In this document: piece by piece, positions 1 to 10,580 of the stretch
Position numbering within the stretch: position 1 is the first letter of the stretch
Layout: every line of letters begins with the position of its first letter
IMG/VR virus record: IMGVR_UViG_3300032225_001413
Coordinates: 1 to 36,901 of that record
From: a virus
Taxonomy: Duplodnaviria > Caudoviricetes
Reading direction: 5' to 3' (one strand)
Length of the DNA: 36,901 nucleotides
Program-made: the position numbers and the translations under genes
The notes under the pieces: model-generated
Databases searched by the model: none
Seen by the model: only the letters and a program-made list of their open reading frames with translations
What the model was told of the DNA's origin: nothing

Positions 1-123
1 ACGTCGACCTCGGAGACGGCGAACGCGGCGCCAAAACGCCAACCCGGATCGGTGGCGGTCTGCAAACGGCCCGGAAGCTGATCGTATGTCGTCGCCGCTT
101 GGCCCTCTTTCGAGATGAGTAGA
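1..123. repeat. Terminal direct repeat, copy 1 (assembly overlap)
   Basis: Identical to 36779-36901. Confidence 0.97.
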
Positions 124-1139
124 TAGGCCATCGACACAGGCACGCCGCCGATCATCGTGATCTGCTGCAATGATTCGACGGTCTTCATGAAGCGGTCAAA
201 TTGCCAACCCGTGAAATCGCTACGGAACCGCACCTCCGGATAGATCGCGATCTTGTTATTGGCCGTGTCGACGTTGGCGAGGTCGAAGATTGCAGCCGCA
301 TCGCCAGCGCGCGCGATCACGTATGACGGCCACGTCGACGAAGCGCGAAAAGCGGTCGCGTTGTCAACGGGGAATTCATATGCCTGCCGCCCGCCGATCG
401 TCGTCGTCGCATATCGGTCGGTGACCTTCGCATCCGAAAGACCTACGCCGATCGAGCGTTCGTAATACTCCTGCGCGCACGACGCGAGCGACAAGGACCA
501 CGACAGATCGCCGGTATGTCGCGGCGGCTCGTCAAGCAGCCACGTCCCCAGGAGTTGTTCGTTGCCGCCGCCAGCCGCATCGAGCGAGTATCCGTAAAGA
601 TATGCCCGACGTCCACGCCACGACGGCGGGACGACATAGATCGGATCTTCGTAGCCCGTTGTCGCCCCATACAGCGCGCGCGCGGTCGACCCGAATGCGC
701 CGCGCGTGCAGCCGGTCAGGCTAACGCCACTCGCGACGGTGCCGATCGTGATCGTCTCTCCGTCGGTATAAATCGTCTGCCCATTCGCCAGCCCCGTCGT
801 ATCGAACACCGTCAACGACGTAGCCGCAGCGGCGACATCCGCCGTAAGCCATGTCTGCCGTCGGCGGTTGACCGAAAACAACGTCGCAAGCGTCTTCGCG
901 TCGTCATCAAGCAGATCGATTTGCAACGTCGCCGCAAGTTCGCGCCGCTCGTCGATGTCGAGGACGGCTTCGCCCTCTTCGACGCGTGTGATGCAGGCAA
1001 GCTGCGTCGATGGAATCGACACGGCTACCGCAGCGGGTACCGCGCGCTCAACGAAGGCTAGCGGCACGCCCTCGATTTTGAGTGACAATACCAGGTCGGC
1101 GTGAACGTCGGTTCCTGCGAGGTCGTCATAGAACGCCAT
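1..1139 (-). CDS. Tail tip/hub protein, 5' part (about 744 aa in total across the junction)
   Basis: ATG at 1139 (MAFYDDLAGTDVHADLVLSLKIEG...), 4 nt after the upstream stop. The stretches I translated are open and in phase with ORF 35683..36843 (position 65 = 36843). Sits after the TMP and Dit-like genes. Confidence 0.8.
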   Translation of the reverse strand, partial: MAFYDDLAGTDVHADLVLSLKIEGVPLAFVERAVPAAVAVSIPSTQLACITRVEEGEAVLDIDERRELAATLQIDLLDDDAKTLATLFSVNRRRQTWLTADVAAAATSLTVFDTTGLANGQTIYTDGETITIGTVASGVSLTGCTRGAFGSTARALYGATTGYEDPIYVVPPSWRGRRAYLYGYSLDAAGGGNEQLLGTWLLDEPPRHTGDLSWSLSLASCAQEYYERSIGVGLSDAKVTDRYATTTIGGRQAYEFPVDNATAFRASSTWPSYVIARAGDAAAIFDLANVDTANNKIAIYPEVRFRSDFTGWQFDRFMKTVESLQQITMIGGVPVSMAYLLISKEGQAATTYDQLPGRLQTATDPGWRFGAAFAVSEVD

Positions 1140-1142
1140 GGC

Positions 1143-1946
1143 TCACACCTTCGCCTGCAAGCGCAGGTCGATCGAGTAGAGCGGCACACCCGGCCCAAGC
1201 CGCGTAGGCTCAAACCTCGACAACGTCTCTTCGGAGAAGTGCACCACGTCGACGAGCGTTGATGACGACAGCGCCGCCAGCGTCGTGCCGGTCGAGACTT
1301 GCGCCTCGTGGAGCTCAAGCGACGCGCCCGCGCCGAAGCGTTCCATAAAGCCTTCAAGCGTGTCCTGTGGGCCGGCAAGCGCCTTTTGCACGTAGACGCG
1401 GCGCTGATCGACAAAGGCCAGCCCAAGGCGCCACGACTCCATACGCGCCGAGCGCGTCACGCCCTGCACGCGTCCGCTTACCGCACGAGGCACCGCGACG
1501 GTGCGTTCGCTGTACGGTTCAATCTCGCGCGCGACGTCGTTGCATACCCACGTAGCCGCGCATGACTTCGTCGATATCTTCGGGTTGGCGTCTAGCGCCG
1601 TATTTGCTGAAAACCCGAGCAGGATTTCGTCAAACGTCGTCGCGATGTCGGCCCACAAGATCGCGAAGTTGTCGGCGCCGGTTGCGCGCGTGATCGTGAT
1701 CTTCGCTCCAGGTGTCGCCGGGTCGATCGACCATGCGACCGTTGCGGTGTACGTGTTGGCCGATGCGGTCGCATTTTGCAAAGCCGTCACGAGCGCGGGC
1801 AAGAGGTCGCCGGCCACGCCATCGCCGCGCAGGTAATACGTACCGGTCGCAATCGTGGCGTTGCCCGTCGATGCGCTTTCGGTGAAGCGGATCACGTTGT
1901 TGGCGCTCGTCAGGACGATCGCGCCAAGCGTCACAGGATAGCTCAC
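1143..1946 (-). CDS. Putative distal tail protein (Dit-like), 267 aa
   Basis: Directly downstream of the TMP with a 4-nt overlap; beta-rich; function inferred from synteny. Confidence 0.6.
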   Translation of the reverse strand: MSYPVTLGAIVLTSANNVIRFTESASTGNATIATGTYYLRGDGVAGDLLPALVTALQNATASANTYTATVAWSIDPATPGAKITITRATGADNFAILWADIATTFDEILLGFSANTALDANPKISTKSCAATWVCNDVAREIEPYSERTVAVPRAVSGRVQGVTRSARMESWRLGLAFVDQRRVYVQKALAGPQDTLEGFMERFGAGASLELHEAQVSTGTTLAALSSSTLVDVVHFSEETLSRFEPTRLGPGVPLYSIDLRLQAKV

Positions 1947-3550
1947 GCTGCACCTCGTCGGCGGTCGCCGGTTCGCATGACGCGCGCAATCTCGCGCGCG
2001 GTGTCTTCGGGCAACGGCCCGCCGACGCCGTAGGAGACGTTGATCACGAGCGGCCCGCCGTTGCCGCCGCCGCCCGACGAGCGTGGCGAAGCTCCGCGAT
2101 CGCGTGCTGCGCCCTTGGTGCCCGTCTTATCGGCCGGGATGGTGCTGGACACCGCCGCGCCGCCAGCGCCCATGCCAATGCCGGCCGCGATAGCCGCGAC
2201 ACCGGTTGCGATCATGCCAGCGCCAGCACCGGGCGTCAGCGGGTTTGACGAGATGATCGCGCCTTCGAAGATCGCACGCGTGCCGCTGCCGACGAGCTGT
2301 TGCCCCGTCGCCGACAAGAACGATGCGACCGCCTTTTGTTCGGCATACTTCTCGCCCTTGATCTTTGCTTCGATATAGTCTTGAGCCGTTGACAATGCGG
2401 TGGATGCCGCTTGTTGCCCGGCATCAATAAACATCTGCGTGAATTGCCTTTCAGCATCAGATTTTGCCTTGGCTTCTTCTTCCGCGACGCGTTTGCGCTC
2501 CGCTGCTGCTTCCTTCGCTGCTTTATTTTTTTCCCGCTCAAGATCTCGCGTTTCCTTCAGTTGGCTTCTTGCGTCTTGCTTGCGCTCGTCTTCTTCACGT
2601 TTGCGAGCCGCTTTACGCATGTCGCGTAACTGATCTTCTTCGTCCTTCAATCCCGCAACGTAGATCTCATACTTAGCGTCAATTTCCTTCTTGGCTGAAT
2701 CTGCATAGTTTTTTGATTCTTTATCTTTTTTCTCTTTTGCTTTTTCAGCTTGAGATAGTTGCTTGTTGACCTCAACAAGATCGGAAAGAGCTTTTCTCTG
2801 TTCTTCGAGAGATTTTGTCAGTTCATCGCGTCGCGTCTTGGCGTGGGCGAACGCCTCCGCCTGCATCTTGAAGTCTTCTTTTTCCTGATCTGTAAATACT
2901 TCTTCAATCCCAAGAATCTGAAGTGCTGATAAGTTTTTTCTTCCTTGTGGCTTTGCTCTTTCTTCAATCGACGGAAGATTTTTTTCTAGAGTTTGAAGCT
3001 GCTTTTCTGTGGCCGCAACGGATGCGCGCGCCTCATCTTCCGTGATTTGCCGCGACGTCTTTCCGAAATTGCGCAATTCCGTTTGCGCGTCTTTCAGTGC
3101 TTGCGTCAAATCTTGCGTTCGCTTGTTCACTCCTTCTCGAAGTACCTTATCAACATCATCAAGTGCGCCGCGCCATAGCCTTGAATTCGCCGTTACCTCT
3201 TGCTGAATTGTGTCGTATTTCTGATATAGATCAGAAAGTTGCGATACGGCAACCGCCGCAATCCCAATACCGCCAGCGAGACCGAGACCGCCGCCAAATG
3301 CCTGCACGACCTGCGGCATGTTGTTCACGACGCCGCGCAAGCCATACTGTGCGTCATCGATCGCTTGCCCGAGGATCAGCATCTTTGACGCGGCCATGCC
3401 GCTCGACTTTTCCAGCTGCGGGAGTGCGGCGCCGGCCTTGCCGATGCTCGTCTCGACCGACGATAGCTTGCCGTTGAACTTCTCGACCTCGGCTGTCGCC
3501 TGTTTTGCGTCGACGATGATCTTGGCTTCGATGGTCTGCCCGGTCGTCAT
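1943..3550 (-). CDS. Tape measure protein, 535 aa
   Basis: Follows the frameshifted chaperone; IEAKIIVDA N-terminus, long K/E/A coiled coil, Gly/Ala hydrophobic segments, VINVSY-type C-terminus. Confidence 0.85.
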   Translation of the reverse strand: MTTGQTIEAKIIVDAKQATAEVEKFNGKLSSVETSIGKAGAALPQLEKSSGMAASKMLILGQAIDDAQYGLRGVVNNMPQVVQAFGGGLGLAGGIGIAAVAVSQLSDLYQKYDTIQQEVTANSRLWRGALDDVDKVLREGVNKRTQDLTQALKDAQTELRNFGKTSRQITEDEARASVAATEKQLQTLEKNLPSIEERAKPQGRKNLSALQILGIEEVFTDQEKEDFKMQAEAFAHAKTRRDELTKSLEEQRKALSDLVEVNKQLSQAEKAKEKKDKESKNYADSAKKEIDAKYEIYVAGLKDEEDQLRDMRKAARKREEDERKQDARSQLKETRDLEREKNKAAKEAAAERKRVAEEEAKAKSDAERQFTQMFIDAGQQAASTALSTAQDYIEAKIKGEKYAEQKAVASFLSATGQQLVGSGTRAIFEGAIISSNPLTPGAGAGMIATGVAAIAAGIGMGAGGAAVSSTIPADKTGTKGAARDRGASPRSSGGGGNGGPLVINVSYGVGGPLPEDTAREIARVMRTGDRRRGAA

Positions 3551-3554
3551 GCGC

Positions 3555-3923
3555 CTACCTCCTACCGGGCGGCGCGGCTGGCGCGCTCGCTCGTTCGCTG
3601 GCTTGCTTTGCGTCGTCGCTCATCTTCGCCGCGCGTCCCGAGTCTATCACGGCGAAAGCGTCGACGGTATGCGTGGAAAGGCTACGCAATGAATCAATCC
3701 CAGGCTTGCCTTCGCATGCCCGCCACAGCGACAGAGGGCCAGTCACGTCGGGATGGTCGAGCAGATGGCGCCGTGGACAGGTCCGCGTCTCGTGTTCGGT
3801 GCCAGCAAAAAACGCCATCTTGGCGCCGCCGTGGCAGCCGAAGAGCGACCGACGCGCTGCCGGGCAGCGCGTGCAGTCAAATTCGCTCAGGTCGACGGCG
3901 GTTGCTGCCCACAGCGCAAGGCT
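3555..3923 (-). CDS. Tail assembly chaperone -1 frameshift extension (gpT-like; fusion about 327 aa)
   Basis: The -1 frame is open from the slippery site (SLALWAATAVDLSEFDCTRC...) into ORF 3555..3818. Confidence 0.8.
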   Translation of the reverse strand, partial: SLALWAATAVDLSEFDCTRCPAARRSLFGCHGGAKMAFFAGTEHETRTCPRRHLLDHPDVTGPLSLWRACEGKPGIDSLRSLSTHTVDAFAVIDSGRAAKMSDDAKQASERASAPAAPPGRR

Positions 3924-4537
3924 TTTCCCGGCGGCAGCTCCAGAAAGTGTCGCGCGGCCGCGTGTAATGGCACGAGCAGGCCGGCGAGGCGCAGCGCGGG
4001 CATCGATTCGGCGACGCTGTCGCGCAGTCCTTGCAGGCCATCCAGCTTCGCGACGACGCCGCAGACGACTTCTTCGTAGACGCGTTCAAGGCGATCGTAG
4101 GCGTCGCGCCGAGCCAGCACGTCCTCGCCCTTCGCGGCGTTGCGGATCGCCAGCCACGCCGCTTGCGTCTTCGCTGACCACAGGCGCCGCGTGGCGTCGT
4201 CGACGATACGCATGGTGATGAACACGCCATCAAGGTTGACATCTGGTTCGTATTCGCCGAGCGGCTCAAGCGCATTGCCTTCGGTCAGCGCGACGAGTTT
4301 GCGCGCGTGCTCGGCGACCTTCACCGAGTCGCGCGCACCGTGCGCCAGCGAAACGGCGCTGACGGATTCCTCGACGTCGGGCCAGACCGTCGAATCGTCG
4401 AGCGGCACGCGTGCCTTGACGCGCGCGTCGATTTCTGCTTGGCGCGCCTTACGCGCTTCGTCGTGGGCTTCGCGGAGGATGGCTTGTAGGGCGACGGGGT
4501 CGCCAAGTTGGCCAGGATAGATCAGGATTGCAGGCAT
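3887..4537 (-). CDS. Tail assembly chaperone (gpG-like), 216 aa
   Basis: ATG at 4537 (MPAILIYPG...), 10 nt after the upstream stop; helical; lies just before the TMP and ends near a slippery site. Confidence 0.8.
   Translation of the reverse strand: MPAILIYPGQLGDPVALQAILREAHDEARKARQAEIDARVKARVPLDDSTVWPDVEESVSAVSLAHGARDSVKVAEHARKLVALTEGNALEPLGEYEPDVNLDGVFITMRIVDDATRRLWSAKTQAAWLAIRNAAKGEDVLARRDAYDRLERVYEEVVCGVVAKLDGLQGLRDSVAESMPALRLAGLLVPLHAAARHFLELPPGKALRCGQQPPST
3923..3929 (-). promoter_or_regulatory. Slippery heptamer G GGA AAA (-1 programmed frameshift)
   Basis: XXXYYYZ heptamer in the correct phase (Gly-Lys), 12 codons before the chaperone stop. Confidence 0.85.
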
Positions 4538-4547
4538 GGTATTGGTG

Positions 4548-6167
<1,620 letters not shown>

Positions 6168-6170
6168 CGA

Positions 6171-7412
6171 TCAGCCCACCGCCAGGACGGCCGGGAGTGC
6201 GCCAGTTCCAATCGCTTGGAATTTGACGACAGGGAACGCTCCCGAGGTCTGCACCGTCGCGCGGAAGTCGGCGGTGGGCAGGAGCGCATAAGCGCACCCG
6301 CCGATCTCAGTGCCGACCTGCAAGGCGACCTCGCGTGCGGTCGAAACCTGACCCGCGTTCACGTCGCTGCCGAGGAGATTCACAAGCGACGGCGTGCCGG
6401 CATTGTCCTGAATTTCGCCGAGCGTGGCGGTATTCGAGATGTAGAGTTCACCCTCGATCATAAACGACTTTCCATCACCGGTGCCGCACACGCCGCCGAG
6501 CTTGCCATTCGTCTTCGACGACGTCTCACGGATTGCGGTAGCGCAATTGTAGGTGATCGACGCGTTGCGGAGCAGGTACTCAACGCCGTCGAGGCGGAAA
6601 TATGCGCCGTCATTGACGAGCGGATTTCCCGCCGTCGGATCGGCGTAGGCCGGGTCGACTTCGGCCACATCGGCCCACGTCGTCGGCGACCACGTCGACG
6701 ACATCGTGACCATGCCCGCATTCGGGATTCCAAGGTTCATCGACATTGGCGCACAGCCGAAGTAGTCGCGACGCCAGTCCTCGCCCTCTGCGGCGAAAAA
6801 CGCATGCACGTGCGACGTCAGCGAATCATTCACAGTATAGACGGCAAAGCGAAACACCGTCGCCGATGTTGTCGGTGTGCCGGTGTACGGGTGTTGAAGC
6901 GTAACACTTGAGGTCGCAGCGCCGCCATTCAGCTCAACGCGTCCGATCTGCAAGCCCGACGACGTTTGAAATGCAATCACCGATCCATTCGGGACGTTTG
7001 CCGCAGCGGTGAACGCCACAACGCCGGTTGCCGGCGTATGGCCGGTAACGGCGATCGTCGGCGCAGCGCCCGTCGTCGCGGGAGCCACGGCGCCGAAGAG
7101 CGATGCGAGCAAATAGCCTTGCTCCATTTTCGCCTCGAAGTCGGCTACGGCCGCGCCGGTGTTGGCGTTCACGCCCTTGAATTCAGTTGCGACCGAAAGA
7201 TCGCCGATATCCTGCACGCCACGGATATGTGGATAGCGACGACCCGACAACGAGCGCAGCGAGCGATCGATCGGCGTACGCTGGCGCGGCAAGAACGACG
7301 AGCCTTCGTCGGTGATTTGCAACGGGACCAACGTACCAGGCGTACCGCTAAACGTCGTCGTGTTCGTGTGCAGGGCATAGCGCAGCGTTTGCAGGCGGGT
7401 AATGTCGGTCAT
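6171..7412 (-). CDS. Major tail tube protein, 413 aa
   Basis: Follows the terminator-like gene; tube-like pattern (R+AL+T..TF, YFGC...MNL.IP..G.V, IEGELY) with an inserted beta domain. Confidence 0.75.
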   Translation of the reverse strand: MTDITRLQTLRYALHTNTTTFSGTPGTLVPLQITDEGSSFLPRQRTPIDRSLRSLSGRRYPHIRGVQDIGDLSVATEFKGVNANTGAAVADFEAKMEQGYLLASLFGAVAPATTGAAPTIAVTGHTPATGVVAFTAAANVPNGSVIAFQTSSGLQIGRVELNGGAATSSVTLQHPYTGTPTTSATVFRFAVYTVNDSLTSHVHAFFAAEGEDWRRDYFGCAPMSMNLGIPNAGMVTMSSTWSPTTWADVAEVDPAYADPTAGNPLVNDGAYFRLDGVEYLLRNASITYNCATAIRETSSKTNGKLGGVCGTGDGKSFMIEGELYISNTATLGEIQDNAGTPSLVNLLGSDVNAGQVSTAREVALQVGTEIGGCAYALLPTADFRATVQTSGAFPVVKFQAIGTGALPAVLAVG

Positions 7413-7858
7413 CGCGTGATCTCCAGTTCAAAGGTGAGGCGCAGCCGTTTCCCGCCGTCGACGTCTTCGACGACGAAAGGCCCGAGGCTATCTCCGGCCG
7501 GAGAGATAGCGATGATCGTTGAGGCGGGGCGCTGCCAGTTCGATGATGAGGCGAGCGCGCGGATCAGTTCGATCGCGTCTTCGCCGATGGCTTCATCCAT
7601 CGTCGATGCGTCGACGTCAAAGACGTATTCGACGACGACGTCGACGGATAGACGGTAGCGCGTCGCCGTTGGCTGCACGTGCCCGATCGCGTTGCCTTGC
7701 TTGAGCGCCAGCCAGTAGCGGCGCGAGTCACCGATGGCCTCGCTTTCTTCGCCGTTCGGGTCGTGCTTGAATTTCGACGGCAGACCTTGCTTGCGGATCG
7801 TCGGCGCCGTGCCGGCGATGATCGACACAAGTACAGGACGCGCGGTGGACCAGCTCAT
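7409..7858 (-). CDS. Putative tail terminator protein, 149 aa
   Basis: Size, position just before the tube gene and alpha/beta pattern ending LRLTFELEITR. Confidence 0.6.
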   Translation of the reverse strand: MSWSTARPVLVSIIAGTAPTIRKQGLPSKFKHDPNGEESEAIGDSRRYWLALKQGNAIGHVQPTATRYRLSVDVVVEYVFDVDASTMDEAIGEDAIELIRALASSSNWQRPASTIIAISPAGDSLGPFVVEDVDGGKRLRLTFELEITR

Positions 7859-8760
7859 CGCGTGATCCCCATGTATCGCGGGCCTTGCGCGCCCGGCGTC
7901 GGGACGTCAGGCGTCACGGCGTCTTGCGGCGCCGTTGCGAGGTCGATGCGGTCCCACGTCGTTTGCTTCGTCTGCTCGTACGCAGCCTCAAGACGCGAGA
8001 CAAATTCCGACGATGCTTGCGGCCACTGGCGCGCCAGGTGAAGCACCGTCGCGCTTGCGTGCATCGGGCCGATGACGTCATCGGTCAAGATGTCTTCGTC
8101 GAGGATGCCGCGCGCGGCAAGCGATGGCACGATCACGTGTCGCCATGACGCGTTGATCGCTTCTTCGAGCGTCGTGTCAGTGGCGCTCGCGAGTTTGCGA
8201 ACGACGGGATACGCCTGCGTGAGTTCGGTCGGCGTGAGCGAAATCGACGTGATACGGCGGACGACGCGAAATGGCTCGTCCCATTCGCGCACGATGCCGT
8301 CGATGGTAGCGCGGAAGAGCACGTAGCCTGCGCCGGGCGATGCGGTCTGCGTCGCCGTGAGCGCCACCGTGACGGCGACACCCTTGACCGTGCTGCTATT
8401 GCCGATATTCGAAACAAGCGGCTCGGCCAACCACAGTTCAGTGGACGTGCCGCTTTTGCTCGCCACGACGACGATTTCACGCCCGGCCGTCGCATCGGTG
8501 ATCAGGTAGCGCCGACCGGCGATCCAGGTCTGCGCAACCGACACGGTGATCGAGTTGTCGCCCTCTTGATGCGCGCCCTGTGTCGTCGCCGACAGGCTGT
8601 CGACCGTCGCTGCGACATACGTACCGACGTCATCCTGTGCACCGGGGCCAATGCGCCGCGCTGTCGCCGACGTGGCTACATGCGACGTCAGGACGCCGTC
8701 AGCCGCTAGACGCGGGTAGGTCGTGATCGTCTCTGTCGATCCGAGAAGGACGCGCAGCAT
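7855..8760 (-). CDS. Putative head-tail adaptor with an N-terminal beta-rich extension, 301 aa
   Basis: Helical C-terminal ~130 aa resembles head-tail adaptors; first gene of the neck block. Confidence 0.5.
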   Translation of the reverse strand: MLRVLLGSTETITTYPRLAADGVLTSHVATSATARRIGPGAQDDVGTYVAATVDSLSATTQGAHQEGDNSITVSVAQTWIAGRRYLITDATAGREIVVVASKSGTSTELWLAEPLVSNIGNSSTVKGVAVTVALTATQTASPGAGYVLFRATIDGIVREWDEPFRVVRRITSISLTPTELTQAYPVVRKLASATDTTLEEAINASWRHVIVPSLAARGILDEDILTDDVIGPMHASATVLHLARQWPQASSEFVSRLEAAYEQTKQTTWDRIDLATAPQDAVTPDVPTPGAQGPRYMGITR

Positions 8761-8766
8761 AGGCTA

Positions 8767-9015
8767 TTACATAACACGCACGGCAGCAGGTGTCGACGGT
8801 CCCCCTTGCCCGCGCGCGCGTCGTTGTCGTCTACGCTTGCCGTTCTTTTCTTCTTCGTCTTCGTTTTCGTCCTCGACGTCATGCACCGTCACCGGCGACG
8901 CGCCATTCAGCAGGCGCACGCTAATGACCTTCGCGACGACGGCGCCGATCTCCATACCGAAGCCGATCGCTACGCACTCAAGAATCGTGACGACGATGTC
9001 GACGAGATCCATCAT
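8767..9015 (-). CDS. Small membrane protein, 82 aa
   Basis: ATGA overlap with the phosphoesterase stop; hydrophobic N-terminus followed by an acidic run and a basic run. Confidence 0.6.
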   Translation of the reverse strand: MMDLVDIVVTILECVAIGFGMEIGAVVAKVISVRLLNGASPVTVHDVEDENEDEEEKNGKRRRQRRARGQGGPSTPAAVRVM

Positions 9016-9794
9016 GCCCTCCCGTCGTAGCACTTGCCGTCGCGCCAAAATCGTTGTTCGGTGTAAATGACGACGTCGGCGGTGAAACGACCAGATTCGC
9101 GCTCGATCCAAAATTCGCCATGCCCTTGCGTCCATCCGGTCGGGCCTTTCAGGTATGGCGCCTCGTCGACGGGGCACAAGCAAGGGATGCCGAAGCCGCC
9201 GCGCACGTGCTGCGAGCCTTCGGGGCCAGCGACGGGGATCGTATGGATTTGCGCGCGGTGGCAATGCCCGACGACGATCGATGTCCCGTAGCGTAGCAGG
9301 TGCTGCTTGGCGTACGCATCGCCTGCGTAGACGCCATGCGTAAAGCCCAGGTGCCCGATCTTATGGACCTTGCCATAGTCCGACGACGTGATCCGATACT
9401 CAGCGAGGCACAGCGCGGATTGCCACGTCTCACGCCCGCGTAGCACTGGCGCCTTTTTGGCGACGTATCGCGCATAACGATGTTCGTGATTTCCCTCGAC
9501 GTAGTGGATCGGCTTGCTGCCCATCCGTCGACGCAGGTCATAGAGCTGCGCGCGCACGGCTTCGACCTCGGCGGCAAATTCTGGCGCCGGTTGCCCGTCT
9601 TCGTGGAGCGACACTGAAAGGAAATCGGCGAAGTCGCCGTTGATGATCAATCGGTCAGGCTGCACGTCGTCGAGGCGAGCGAGAAACGCGCGCCACGCGA
9701 AGGGATGGTGATAGGGCACGTGCACATCAGAGCACACAAGCACGAGATCGACGTCGCTGCGCGAGCGGCCGCGCTTCGTCTTTGCCTTCGCCAC
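9012..9794 (-). CDS. Calcineurin-like metallophosphoesterase, 260 aa
   Basis: All five motifs present: SDVH, GDFAD, GNHE, THG, GHCH. Confidence 0.92.
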   Translation of the reverse strand: MAKAKTKRGRSRSDVDLVLVCSDVHVPYHHPFAWRAFLARLDDVQPDRLIINGDFADFLSVSLHEDGQPAPEFAAEVEAVRAQLYDLRRRMGSKPIHYVEGNHEHRYARYVAKKAPVLRGRETWQSALCLAEYRITSSDYGKVHKIGHLGFTHGVYAGDAYAKQHLLRYGTSIVVGHCHRAQIHTIPVAGPEGSQHVRGGFGIPCLCPVDEAPYLKGPTGWTQGHGEFWIERESGRFTADVVIYTEQRFWRDGKCYDGRA

Positions 9795-9810
9795 GAATCC
9801 CCCGCTGGCA

Positions 9811-10356
9811 TTACTGCGCCGTGTGCACGCTGCGCACGCTGCGCACGCGGTAGGTTTTGACCTGCGTCCCCCAGGTCGTCGATCCTTCGAGGTTCACGGC
9901 ATCAAGTTGCGCTTCGCGTCCCGTCGCCGGGTCGGCGTAACGAAGGCGCTTGAAGCCGCTTGCGTCGTAGTGCTCGTCGAGGATCAAGACGAAATGATCG
10001 CCGAAAGCGTCGCCCGTGTGGTCGACGTGCGCGATCACAAGCCCACCGGCGCGCAGCGTCTCGCCAATGGCGCCGCGAAGCTGCGATGGGTCGCCCTTGA
10101 GTGCGTCGCCGACGACAAGCCCAGCCAGCGCGCCGAGTTCTTTCGTCATGGCCATCGAATGCAGAAACGCCTTGCGGTCGATGCCGGCGCTATTCAGCAG
10201 CGGCGGTGGCATCTCGACACCACGCAGCGCGCGCGCGGCCTCGCACAGGCAGACGAGCAGGCATCCGGCGCGCCCGATCGTCGATGGGCCAAAGCCGAGC
10301 GTCGCGGCCGACCATCGAGGATCGGCCTGTCGATACCGTGGGCCACCGGCGGTCAT
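9811..10356 (-). CDS. Peptidase C39-like cysteine peptidase, candidate endolysin, 181 aa
   Basis: YxQxDPRW...TIxxxGC, DHFVLI and YADP (Cys-His-Asp); adjacent to holin-like genes. Confidence 0.75.
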   Translation of the reverse strand: MTAGGPRYRQADPRWSAATLGFGPSTIGRAGCLLVCLCEAARALRGVEMPPPLLNSAGIDRKAFLHSMAMTKELGALAGLVVGDALKGDPSQLRGAIGETLRAGGLVIAHVDHTGDAFGDHFVLILDEHYDASGFKRLRYADPATGREAQLDAVNLEGSTTWGTQVKTYRVRSVRSVHTAQ

Positions 10357-10580
10357 TTGCCGCCCGGCAGCTTCAGCTTTTCGATCGAGTTGGCGACGAC
10401 GTCGGCAGCATCGGCGGCAGCGTCGTTGCTCGGATCCTTGTCGCCGTGCGCGCGTTTGCTATAGGCGCGCAGCATCCCGACGACGACGTCACGCGCGAAG
10501 AGAGCCAGTAGCATCGCGACGATGCTTGCGGCACCGTGCGGAGAAATCAGATCCTTTGCGAAGATGTCAAACACGTTCAC
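10353..10580 (-). CDS. Small membrane protein, putative holin, 75 aa
   Basis: One TM segment (GAASIVAMLLALFA), charged tail, coupled to the peptidase gene. Confidence 0.5.
   Translation of the reverse strand: MNVFDIFAKDLISPHGAASIVAMLLALFARDVVVGMLRAYSKRAHGDKDPSNDAAADAADVVANSIEKLKLPGGK

Noticed and set aside
1-123. Terminal repeat as a physical T7-like end
   Set aside because: It falls inside a tail gene and has the size of an assembler overlap.
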